The translations under genes and the position numbers were made by a program. Positions 49,906 through 58,411 of a stretch of DNA of 58,411 nucleotides are shown piece by piece. Position 1 is the first letter of the stretch. Every line of letters starts with the position of its first letter. Location: NCBI GenBank assembly GCA_015711825.1, contig JACVJD010000004.1, positions 1 to 58,411 of the forward strand, in the 5' to 3' direction. The stretch is from Candidatus Solincola daggyaiensis (lineage in GTDB: Bacteria > Actinomycetota > Geothermincolia > Geothermincolales > RBG-13-55-18). The notes beneath the pieces were generated by a model. That model was not told where the DNA came from and did not search any database. It worked only from the letters and a program-made list of their open reading frames with translations.

Positions 49906-50245
49906 GTATGCGCGCCGGGCCCCGTCCTCGCCATCGCTCGCCTTCGGCTCGCTTCCGTCTCGGCCACGGCGCCCTGCACCGTGCCGCCGCCCTCCGAAAG
50001 CCTCGCGCGAGCGTATGCGTGCCAGGCCCCGTCCTCGCCATCGCTCGCCTTCGGCTCGCTTCCGTCTCGGCCACGGCGCCCTGCACCGTGCCGCCGCCCT
50101 CCGAAAGCCTCGCGCGAGCGTATGCGTGCCAGGCCCCGTCCTCGCCATCGCTCGCCTTCGGCTCGCTTCCGTCTCGGCCACGGCGCTGGACACTGCCACG
50201 CCTCCCTACGGTCGGCGTGGTCGCTTTCGCGATGCAATCTTCCGT
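49906..50245. repeat. Intergenic array A: three copies of a structured core, 107-bp period
   Basis: Cores GTATGCG(T/C)GCC(A/G)GGCCCCGTCCTCGCC...CCGTCTCGGCCACGGCG start at 49906, 50013, 50120. Confidence 0.95.
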
Positions 50246-50256
50246 GACGTTGTATG

Positions 50257-51753
50257 TTATTCGTGGCGGTTTATGAGGTCGGAGGCGATGATGCCGGAGG
50301 CGACCACCGACGGAATACCTCCTCCCGGATGGGTGGAGGCTCCCGCGAGGTACAGGCCTCTTATGCTCTTCGACTTCGCCGCCGGCCTGAACACCGCCGA
50401 GGACGATATATCCATGTCCAGTCCCAGGATAGCGCCTTCGGGGGTGAGCAGCCGACGCTCGTAATCCCTCGGGGTCAACACGTCCATCACCTCCACGTGA
50501 TCCGCCAGCCCGGGGATAGCCCGTTCGCTCAACATCTCTATCTGTTTTTCGCCGTATGCCTTCTTGTCGCGGTCCCAATCCAGCTCGCTGAGATGATAAG
50601 GTCCGGACAGCACGATGTTGAGCACATGGCGCCCTTGCGGGGCCATGCTTTCGTCCGAGAAGGTGGGAAAACAAACCAGGGCATAGGGTTCCCGGGGCAG
50701 CAGGCCCCTCGGCATGTCCTCGAACCAGTAGCGGTTGGTCTCCTCCATGGATACGGTGACGATATTGTGGTGGGCCTCCAGAGGCGGCCGGTAGTCCAGC
50801 CCCACGTTGATCATGGGAGCCGAGGCGGAGAGCCGATAGCTTTTGATCCCCTGCCTGGCGAGCCGGGGAAGATGCCCTTCTCCGATCATCTGCAGGTAAA
50901 GCGTTTTGGCGTTGATGTCGGAGACCACCACCGGGGCGCCGATCTCGGTGCCGTCGGCCAGGGCCACGCCCTGCACCCTGCGGCCGCTCACCATCACCTT
51001 CTCCACCCGTCGCCTCAGCGCGATCTCCATACCGAACCTCTCTCCACACCGTCGCAGAGCTTCCGGCAAGGCGATCATGCCGCCCCTGGGAAAGAAGACG
51101 CCCTCGTGCTCGGCGTAAGAGAGAAAGGCGAAGATCCCCGGGGCCAGGGCGGGGGGCTGACCGCAGAACTTCCCCGGGTAAGAGAGGGAATCCAGCACCC
51201 GCTCGTCCTTGAAATACCCCCGCATCACCTCCTCGAAGGAGCGGTTGAAGAGGGGGAGGAACTTGAGCAGGCGGGGGTTCTTCAGCATCACCTTTGCCAT
51301 GTCCGCCATGCCGTTCATGGGGCTGAGGAAGAACCCCTCCACGGCAGTGCGCATGAAATCGCCCACGTAGCGGGCGTACTCCAGCCATGCCTTGCCGTCC
51401 TGGGGTGAGATGCGGGAGATGATCTCGGCTTTCGCCTCTATGGAGGAAGGGTAGGTGATGCGCGAGCCGTCCTGAAGGATGATGCCGTAAACGGGGTCGC
51501 AGGGCTCCAGCTCGACCTCCTCGCCAAAGCCGGTGCCCAGCCTCTCGAAGGCGATCTCGAAGGGGCGCAATATCTCGAGGATGGTGGCGCCCACGTCGAA
51601 ACGGTAGCCCTTTCGTTCGTAGGTCGAACAGCAACCCCCTATGCTTCCTCCCTGCTCCAGCACCAGCGTCCTGCGACCTTGTTTCGCCAACAGCGCCCCC
51701 GCAGTCAACCCGCCGAGACCCGCCCCGATGACGATAACGTCGTAATCCGGCAT
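50257..51753 (-). CDS. Phytoene dehydrogenase-like (COG1233/CrtI family) FAD oxidoreductase
   Basis: YDVIVIGAGLGG, GGCCSTYERKGYRFDVGA, LYLAGASTHPGGGIP. Confidence 0.9.
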   Translation of the reverse strand: MPDYDVIVIGAGLGGLTAGALLAKQGRRTLVLEQGGSIGGCCSTYERKGYRFDVGATILEILRPFEIAFERLGTGFGEEVELEPCDPVYGIILQDGSRITYPSSIEAKAEIISRISPQDGKAWLEYARYVGDFMRTAVEGFFLSPMNGMADMAKVMLKNPRLLKFLPLFNRSFEEVMRGYFKDERVLDSLSYPGKFCGQPPALAPGIFAFLSYAEHEGVFFPRGGMIALPEALRRCGERFGMEIALRRRVEKVMVSGRRVQGVALADGTEIGAPVVVSDINAKTLYLQMIGEGHLPRLARQGIKSYRLSASAPMINVGLDYRPPLEAHHNIVTVSMEETNRYWFEDMPRGLLPREPYALVCFPTFSDESMAPQGRHVLNIVLSGPYHLSELDWDRDKKAYGEKQIEMLSERAIPGLADHVEVMDVLTPRDYERRLLTPEGAILGLDMDISSSAVFRPAAKSKSIRGLYLAGASTHPGGGIPSVVASGIIASDLINRHE

Positions 51754-52060
51754 CTCCGCACCTCCCCCTGCTTCTTTGTCCCTCCCCCTGCGATAAGACC
51801 GGGGCCTTCCCATGTGCGCTCTTCAGCGGCTCGAAGGATCGCGCCTCGCCTTCGCATTCCCCTTATCGGCTCCCGAGATACCCGTTACCTCAGGAAAAGA
51901 CGCACCCCTGCAGGCAAAGTCCTTTCGTCCAAGGGGACCGGACAGCGGGCCACGCACAGCCCACGGCGCGGCCCGCCGGCGATCCCTGGTCGCCCCTCCC
52001 GGCTAAAAGAAGCGATCCGGGTCCACGTCCCAATGTCGATTATCCCCATCGGCGATCACG

Positions 52061-52378
52061 GTATGCGTGCCAGGCCCCGTCCTCGCCTCTGCTCGTTTCA
52101 CTCGCTTCCGTCTCGGCCACGCCTCTTGCGCATCGTCCGCGCCCCTGGTATGCGGGGGTATGCGTGCCAGGCCCCGTCCTCGCCTCTGCTCGTTTCACTC
52201 GCTTCCGTCTCGGCCACGCCTCTTGCGCATCGTCCGCGCCCCTGGTATGCGGGGGTATGCGTGCCAGGCCCCGTCCTCGCCTCTGCTCGTTTCACTCGCT
52301 TCCGTCTCGGCCACGGCGCTGGACACTGCCACGCCTCCCTGCGGTCGGCGTGGTCGCTTTCGCGATGCAATCTTCCGT
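52061..52378. repeat. Intergenic array B: three copies of the same core, 97-bp period
   Basis: Cores start at 52061, 52158, 52255. Terminal tail nearly identical to that of array A. Confidence 0.95.
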
Positions 52379-52385
52379 TGGGTGA

Positions 52386-53351
52386 TCAATAGCTGCTGGG
52401 CTCTTGGGAGATCCCCAGCATCTCCCGCGCCTGCTGCGGGGTGGCCACCTCGCGGTTGAGCTCATGCGCGATGCGCACCATCCTGGCCACCAGCTCGGCG
52501 TTGTTCTTGAGTTTCCTTCCCCTTGAATAATACAGGTTGTCCTCCATGCCCACGCGCACATGCCCGCCCAGCAACACCGACATCACGGTCATGGGGAGCT
52601 GATACGGGCCCACCCCGATGGCGAAGAAGATGGACTGGGGAGGCAGCTCGTCGATGAGCGAGAGCAGGTTCTTGGGCGTGGGGAAGGATGAGGTCTGGAA
52701 GCCCATGACGAACTGGATGTCGTAGGGCGGGTCGATGAGCCCCTGCATGATGAGGTCCTGCACCACCCAGTACATGCCCGGATGGTAGAGCTCCATCTCC
52801 GGCTTGATGCCCTTCTCCTTCATGGTCTTGGCGTAGAGGCTGATGTCGGCGTAGGAATTGGGGATGCAGCGGTCATAGACCATGGCTGGGCGCGGGCTGG
52901 GCAGGGGCTCCGCCCTCTCGCGCAGGGGCACCTTGAGCACGAAGGGCCCCAGGTTGAGGGAGCACAGCTCCGGGTTGGCGTAGATGCTCGCCATGCGCTG
53001 CTCGGTGGTCAGCTCCGGTCCACCCCCGGTGGTGTTGTTGATGATGATGTCCGGGCACTTGTCGCGGATCATGGCGTTGATGCGCAGGTAATCCTCGGGG
53101 TTGCTGGAGGTCATCCACCACACCTCGGGGTTGCGCGCGTGCACGTGCACGATGCTCGCGCCCGCCTTGTAGGCCTCGTAGGTCTGTTCCGCCTGCTCCT
53201 CCGGCGTCTCGGGAAGGTTCTCGTTGGCCTCCTTCCCCTCCACGCCCCCCGTGATGGCCACGGAGATGATGAGCGGCGGGAGCCCCTTCCTAGTCCGGCT
53301 CATCCACTCGTACGGGTTTCGGTAGTCCCACATGTAGTCATCCGGGTTCAT
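52386..53351 (-). CDS. Beta-keto acid cleavage enzyme (BKACE/Kce, DUF849) family
   Basis: IISVAITG, AGASIVHVHAR, NNTTGG, KPEMELY, GGHVRVGMEDN, ATPQQAREML. Confidence 0.93.
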   Translation of the reverse strand: MNPDDYMWDYRNPYEWMSRTRKGLPPLIISVAITGGVEGKEANENLPETPEEQAEQTYEAYKAGASIVHVHARNPEVWWMTSSNPEDYLRINAMIRDKCPDIIINNTTGGGPELTTEQRMASIYANPELCSLNLGPFVLKVPLRERAEPLPSPRPAMVYDRCIPNSYADISLYAKTMKEKGIKPEMELYHPGMYWVVQDLIMQGLIDPPYDIQFVMGFQTSSFPTPKNLLSLIDELPPQSIFFAIGVGPYQLPMTVMSVLLGGHVRVGMEDNLYYSRGRKLKNNAELVARMVRIAHELNREVATPQQAREMLGISQEPSSY

Positions 53352-53400
53352 CGCCTGCCTCCTTTTCCTCGCTCAATCCTTCCCGTTAACGCACCCCCAA

Positions 53401-53768
53401 GCGTGCCGGGCCCCGTCCTCGCCTCTGCTCGTTTCACTCACTCCGTCTCGGCCACGGCGACCGGCATACGCCGCCCCGCGGGATGGCTACCTCGCGCCTT
53501 CGTATGCGTGCCAGGCCCCGTCCTCGCCTCTGCTCGTTTCACTCACTCCGTCTCGGCCACGGCGACTGGCACCGTGCCGCCGCCCTCCGGGCGTCGTCAT
53601 CGCTTTCGCGATACGCGGCTGTCCCGGCCTTTTCCCTCGCGCCTTCGTATGCGTGCCAGGCCCCGTCCTCGCCTCTGCTCGTTTCACTCACTCCGTCTCG
53701 GCCACGGCGACTGGCACCGTGCCGCCGCCCTCCGGGCGTCGTCATCGCTTTCGCGATACATTCTTCCG
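53401..53768. repeat. Intergenic array C: three copies of the same core, unequal spacing
   Basis: Cores start at 53401, 53502, 53647. Confidence 0.95.
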
Positions 53769-53773
53769 AAACG

Positions 53774-56419
53774 TCAGATTTTTATGCGGAGGTTGGTGAG
53801 GGGGAAGCTCATGCAGGGGTGGATGAAGCCCGCCTTCTCGTCCACCCAGCGCTTGAGCACCCGCTCGGGCACGAAGACCTCGCCCTCCAGCAGCCTGGTG
53901 CGGCAGACGGTGCACTCCCCGGAGCGGCATATCGCCTCCACCACCAAACCCGCCCGCTCCAGGGAGTTCATCAGGGGCTCCCCGGAGCGCGCCTGGAAGG
54001 TCTTGCCGGTGCGCTCCTCCACCACCTCGAAGACCGCGTCCGGGTCGGACCCCGGCCAGCCCGGCTCGGCGGTGATGTCCTGGGGCGGGCCGTAGGCCTC
54101 GCGGCGTATCCTCCGCTTCGGCACCCCCAGGGAGAGCAAGGCCTTTTCGCACAGCAGGTACATCTGGGCGGGCCCGCAGAGGTAGAAGGTCTTTCCCTCC
54201 ACCTCCCCCACCAGGCGCGAGATCATCTCCGCGTCCAGCAGCCCGCACAGCCCCGACCAACCCTGGGGGGGCTCGGAGATGACGTAGTCCACCTTGAGCC
54301 CGGGCACCTTGCCCTCCAGCCCCTTCATCTCCTCGCCGAAGATGATGTCGCCGGGATCCCTGCTGCCGTAGATGAGGTGTATCTTCAATTCCGTGCCCTT
54401 TTCGGCCGCCTCGCGGATAATGGAGGCGAAGGGGGTTATCCCCGACCCGCCCGCCAGAAAGACCAGGTCGTCGGTGTCCATGGCGGGCTCATGGAAGAAG
54501 CTTCCAAAGGGGCTGGTGGACTCGAAGCGGTCGCCCGGCTTCACCTCGTCCAGGAGGTAATTGGACACGAACCCGCCCGCGGTGCGGCGCACGGTGATGT
54601 CCCAGTAATCGGTTCCGGGCGGAGAGGAGATGGAATACGGGCGCGAGGTGAGCACCCCTCCCACCCGGCAGAAGAGGTTGACGTACTGGCCGGCGCGGAA
54701 CCAGGGCAGCTCCCCTTGCGCCGCCGTCATGCGCAGGGTCTTGGCGGTGGGGGTCTCCTCGACGACCTCCGCCACCTCCAGCTGCACCCGGTCTGGATGC
54801 AGGCCGGCCAGGGCCCGCTCCACGCGCGTGACGGGGCTGTCGGGGAGCTCCCTGCCCTCCACCTGCTTCTCCATCTCCTTCTGCAGTTTCTCCAAGGCGC
54901 CGGGCTTCGGCCCCCCCGCCTCCATGTCCTCCAGCACCTTGCGGGAGGTGAGGAAGCCGGAATACATGGAGGGCTCGTAGCCACCCCCGATGTTCACCCA
55001 CGCCCCCGAGAAGTAGAGGCCCTCTATGGGGCCCTGGGCGGGCATGCGCACCAGGCCGGTGCCGGCGAAGGTCTCGTCGAAGCCGATGATGCTCCCCCCT
55101 ACGTTGCGGGAATACCTGATGTTGGTGAGCGGGGTGGCGACCTCGATGACCTCGATGTGGTCACGTATGCCGTGAGCGACGTTCTCCGCCAGGTCCAGCA
55201 CCCTCTCCGCCGCCCTCTCCTTGGCCTCCGCGTACTGGGACGGCGGCAGTTTCATCCAGGGCTCGGCGAAGGCGATGTAGGTGCACACCAGGGAGGAGGT
55301 CCCCGGAGGCGAGAACTCCGGGTCCACGGTGTTGTACGCGGTCACCGCGATGTCCGAGGGCAACAGGGTCTCCCCTTTCTTGACCCTCATCCAGTTGCCG
55401 TCCACGTCGTAGCCGTCGCTGTAGAAGGTCTCGTGGTGGCCGAGGCCGAGGTCGCGGTAGTCACAGTCCACTCCCAGGTAAAGGTTGACGGTGGAGGCGC
55501 CGCCCGTCCAGGCGCCCAGGCGCTTGAGGTACCACTCCGGGACCTTCTCCCGCCCGATGAGCTCCAGGCAGGCCACGTAGGGGTTGGCGTTGCTCACCAC
55601 CACGGGGCAGAGGACCTCCGTGCCGTCCTGGGCCACCACGCCCCTGACTTTCCCCTCCTCCACCAGGATGCGCGCGGCGCCGTTGCGCACCCATACCTCG
55701 CCGCCCATGTCCTCGATGGAATCCATGAAGGCCTGGGAGAGGGCCTGGCTCTTGCCCTTCACGTGCCAGGGACCGAAGCGCAGGTAGCTCACCGTGCCCA
55801 GGGCGTAGGTGAGGAAGGAGAGCGCGGAAGGGTTGTTGCAGTAGTACCCGCAGAGGACGTTGAACACCGTGCAGGCGCGCTCGTCCTTGATGAACTGATC
55901 CATGACCTCCTTGAGGCTCTTGCCGAAATACTTGATGAGGTTGGGAAATTCCTCCTGGTGCTCCATGACCATCTTGGTGCCCACGCGGTTGGCGCGTAAG
56001 GCCTCCTCGGCGTACTTGAACATCAGCTCGGTGAAATCCCGGATCCCGTCCGCGTCCGCCGGGAAGTATTCCGCCAGGGCGGCGATGAAAGCGTCCTTGC
56101 CGATGGGCACCACCACGTCCACGTCCGGGAGCACGCAACGGTAGAACTCGGGGATGGGCAAAAACTCCACCCGCCTGGCCACGTCCACCTCGTTGAGCAG
56201 CCTCCACAGCGGGCCGGGGTTCTTCTCGTCCCCCAGCCCCGAGAGCTCGTGCAGGGAGATCTCGAACTCGAAGCGCCCGCGCACGAAGGAGGATGCGTAA
56301 CCTCCCGGCACGTAGTGGCGCTCCAGGACGAGGACCTTTTTCCCCGCCTTGGCCAGGAAGGCCGCCGAGGACAGGCCCCCCAGGCCGGCCCCGACCACAA
56401 CCGCGTCGTAATCCTTCAT
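53774..56419 (-). CDS. COG1233 oxidoreductase fused to an FNR-type reductase and a 2Fe-2S ferredoxin
   Basis: YDAVVVGAGLGG..PGGYASSFVRGRFEFE..GLYFSGAW; then RPYSISS, AGGSGITP, YLCGP; C-terminal CRSGECTVC...PC. Confidence 0.9.
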   Translation of the reverse strand: MKDYDAVVVGAGLGGLSSAAFLAKAGKKVLVLERHYVPGGYASSFVRGRFEFEISLHELSGLGDEKNPGPLWRLLNEVDVARRVEFLPIPEFYRCVLPDVDVVVPIGKDAFIAALAEYFPADADGIRDFTELMFKYAEEALRANRVGTKMVMEHQEEFPNLIKYFGKSLKEVMDQFIKDERACTVFNVLCGYYCNNPSALSFLTYALGTVSYLRFGPWHVKGKSQALSQAFMDSIEDMGGEVWVRNGAARILVEEGKVRGVVAQDGTEVLCPVVVSNANPYVACLELIGREKVPEWYLKRLGAWTGGASTVNLYLGVDCDYRDLGLGHHETFYSDGYDVDGNWMRVKKGETLLPSDIAVTAYNTVDPEFSPPGTSSLVCTYIAFAEPWMKLPPSQYAEAKERAAERVLDLAENVAHGIRDHIEVIEVATPLTNIRYSRNVGGSIIGFDETFAGTGLVRMPAQGPIEGLYFSGAWVNIGGGYEPSMYSGFLTSRKVLEDMEAGGPKPGALEKLQKEMEKQVEGRELPDSPVTRVERALAGLHPDRVQLEVAEVVEETPTAKTLRMTAAQGELPWFRAGQYVNLFCRVGGVLTSRPYSISSPPGTDYWDITVRRTAGGFVSNYLLDEVKPGDRFESTSPFGSFFHEPAMDTDDLVFLAGGSGITPFASIIREAAEKGTELKIHLIYGSRDPGDIIFGEEMKGLEGKVPGLKVDYVISEPPQGWSGLCGLLDAEMISRLVGEVEGKTFYLCGPAQMYLLCEKALLSLGVPKRRIRREAYGPPQDITAEPGWPGSDPDAVFEVVEERTGKTFQARSGEPLMNSLERAGLVVEAICRSGECTVCRTRLLEGEVFVPERVLKRWVDEKAGFIHPCMSFPLTNLRIKI

Positions 56420-56441
56420 CTGTGACCCCTCCCGTTCTCTC

Positions 56442-57413
56442 TCAGGCGGTACGCGAGCTTGCCAGCCGGCCCGCGATCTCCTCCGCCTGCGCGACCATGC
56501 CCTGGATCGCTTCCTTCACCGTCACTATGTCGTGCAGCAGCCCCACGCTCTGGCTGCATGCCAAAACCCCCAGGTCCACCTCGCCCCGCTCCAGCATGCC
56601 GCGGGTGTTGGATCCGGCCACGATGGCAAGTATTTCCTGGAAATCGGCGCCGGCCCTTTCGAGCTCCGCCGCCTTCTCGGCCGCCTGGTTCCTGACCACG
56701 CGGATGGTGTTGTGCACCGAGCCCAACAGGGGCACGGTGTCCTCTTCCCCCGCCGCCAGCAGGCTCTCCTTCACCGCCGCGCTCATGGGGCATTCATGCG
56801 TGAGCAGCAGCCGGGTGCCGATGAGCACCGCCTCCGCCCCCAGGCTGAAAGCCGCCAGCATCCCCCGCCCGTCCGCGATGCCCCCGGCGGCGATCACCGG
56901 TATGTCCAGGACGTCCACCGCCCGCGGCACCAGGGAGAGGGTGGCCACGGACCCGATATGGCCCCCGCCCTCGTACCCGAAGAGGGTCACCGCGTCCGCC
57001 CCCGCCTTCCGGGCGCTCAGGGCATGGCGCACGCTCACGCACTTGTGCATGAGCTTGAGGCCTCCCTCCTTGAGCACGGCCACCAGGTCCTCGGGCGGCC
57101 GGTTGCCGCTGGTCTCCACCGCCGTCACCCCGCCCTCCTCCAGGATCACCTCGGCGTAGAGGCGGTTGTCTATGGGGCGCAGGGCGGGGAAGAGGTTGAG
57201 GTTGACGGCGAAGGGCTTGTCCGTGAGCCCCTTTAACCTGCGCAGGGCGGCGCGGAACTCCTCCTGGGTGGGGAACATGGCCGAGGACATGATCCCCAGC
57301 GCCCCCGCCTCGCACACCGCGGCCGTGAACTCCGGCCCGGTTATCCACTGCATGCAGCCCCCGATCACCGGGTACTCGATCCCCAAAAGCTCCGTTATCC
57401 TCGTCTTGAACAT
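56442..57413 (-). CDS. Nitronate monooxygenase / FabK-like flavin oxidoreductase
   Basis: KTRITELLGIEYPVI, TDKPFAVN, GYEGGGH, PVIAAGGIADGRG, GTR. Confidence 0.9.
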   Translation of the reverse strand: MFKTRITELLGIEYPVIGGCMQWITGPEFTAAVCEAGALGIMSSAMFPTQEEFRAALRRLKGLTDKPFAVNLNLFPALRPIDNRLYAEVILEEGGVTAVETSGNRPPEDLVAVLKEGGLKLMHKCVSVRHALSARKAGADAVTLFGYEGGGHIGSVATLSLVPRAVDVLDIPVIAAGGIADGRGMLAAFSLGAEAVLIGTRLLLTHECPMSAAVKESLLAAGEEDTVPLLGSVHNTIRVVRNQAAEKAAELERAGADFQEILAIVAGSNTRGMLERGEVDLGVLACSQSVGLLHDIVTVKEAIQGMVAQAEEIAGRLASSRTA

Positions 57414-57588
57414 GCCGCCTCCATGACCATCAAACACGACCTAGGCGCCCCTCCTCGCGCCAACGCCGGTTTTTCTCTTCACTGTCTTCACTGCTTCCGT
57501 CCCCGACTCTCGCTTCTCTCCCCGCTTCCCGCCACGGCTCGAGGGCGCGTCCTTCGCGCCGACCGCAAGCCCTCAAGGAAAGCCGCGC

Positions 57589-58411
57589 TCATGCCTGGAA
57601 CTCCTCCTTGAGCACGTGCTTGAGCACCTTACCGCTGGGATTTCTTGGCAGCACGTCCACGAAGAACACCGCCTTGGGCCGTTTGAATCCCGGCAGAGCC
57701 TCGCGACAGAACCCCAGGATCTCCTCCTCCGTCGCCTCCTCCCCCGGCTTGAGCACCAGCGCGGCGTGTATCTTCTCCCCCCACTGCGGGTCGGGAAGCC
57801 CGAACACCGCCGCCTCCGCGACCTTGGGGTGTCCGAGCAGGGCGTCCTCCACCTCCTTGGCGAAGACGTTCTCCCCGCCCGTCTTGATCATGTCCTTGAG
57901 GCGGTCCACGAAGTAGAGGAAGCCTTCCTCGTCCCTGCGCACGATGTCCCCGGTGTGCAGCCAGCCGCCCCGGAAGGTCTTCTCCGTCTCGTCCTCCCGC
58001 TTGTAATAGCCCTTGATCACCGCGGGGCCCTTGAGCAGCAGCTCGCCTATCTCCCCCACCGAGGCCTCCTCGCCCGCCTCGTTGACGATGCGGTAGTCCA
58101 GCAGGGGGTTGACCACGCCGATGGAGTCGGCCTTGCGGAAGGCGTTGTCGGGGTAGAGCACGGTGGCGTTGCCGCCGCTGCACTCGGTCAGGCCGTAGGT
58201 GTAGAAGAGCCGCGCGTTGGGCATGTGCGCAAGCACCGCCCTCTTCAGCTCCTCCGGGAAGGTGGCCGCGGCGGTGGCGAAGACCCGCACCGAGGAGGCG
58301 TCGTAGGCCATGGCCTCGGGCACGCTCATGATCCACCCGAAAAGGAAGGGGGGCACCACGATGCACAGGGTGACCTTCTCCTCCTGCACCGCCCGCATGT
58401 AGGCGACGGGG
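57589..58411 (-). CDS. AMP-binding acyl-CoA synthetase (5' part outside the window)
   Basis: YGLTEC, WLHTGD, DRLKDMIKTGGENV, LPRNPSGKVLK. Confidence 0.92.
   Translation of the reverse strand, partial: PVAYMRAVQEEKVTLCIVVPPFLFGWIMSVPEAMAYDASSVRVFATAAATFPEELKRAVLAHMPNARLFYTYGLTECSGGNATVLYPDNAFRKADSIGVVNPLLDYRIVNEAGEEASVGEIGELLLKGPAVIKGYYKREDETEKTFRGGWLHTGDIVRRDEEGFLYFVDRLKDMIKTGGENVFAKEVEDALLGHPKVAEAAVFGLPDPQWGEKIHAALVLKPGEEATEEEILGFCREALPGFKRPKAVFFVDVLPRNPSGKVLKHVLKEEFQA

Noticed and set aside
49810-53745. Short ORFs translated from the repeat arrays (e.g. MRARPRPR...)
   Set aside because: They are by-products of the repeats in several frames, with no RBS or protein-like composition.
49906-53768. 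CRISPR arrays
   Set aside because: Repeats are about 60-70 nt, intervening sequences are identical within arrays A and B, and no cas genes are present.

Overview
High-GC (roughly 65-70% by eye) bacterial chromosome segment, mostly minus-strand genes. The YFAEGYTG/AERPMYF repeat surface protein, the CxxC V4R-like protein and the anaerobic gene content suggest an anaerobic deep-branching actinobacterium such as Ca. Geothermincolia (inference only). Left to right: a receiver/PilB-GspE ATPase/B-box pseudopilin/pilin module; a ~10 kb operon in which two phytoene-dehydrogenase-like (COG1233) flavoproteins, each followed by a homologous small membrane peptide, bracket an ADP-forming acyl-CoA ligase subunit and a FAD/Fe-S/FAD oxidase triad; a tungstate tupABC/tupA2/moeA region headed by a P3-less (Tuco-type) Moco riboswitch; a PAS kinase; a glycyl radical enzyme with no activase in the window; an MCP; a V4R-like protein; an amidase; a MASE3 kinase/NarL/SigB-like cascade; a candidate structured ncRNA; a surface protein; an acyl-CoA ligase; a Cache/PAS kinase; and a second catabolic cluster (acyl-CoA ligase, NMO/FabK-like, COG1233-FNR-2Fe2S fusion, BKACE, COG1233, IlvD-family). 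Three intergenic arrays in that cluster carry a repeat whose minus strand folds with GNA triloops and tandem G.A pairs. No CRISPR, rRNA, tRNA or transposase was recognised. Most notable: the COG1233/small-peptide pairing, the COG1233-reductase-ferredoxin fusion and the ssDNA-type hairpin repeats.
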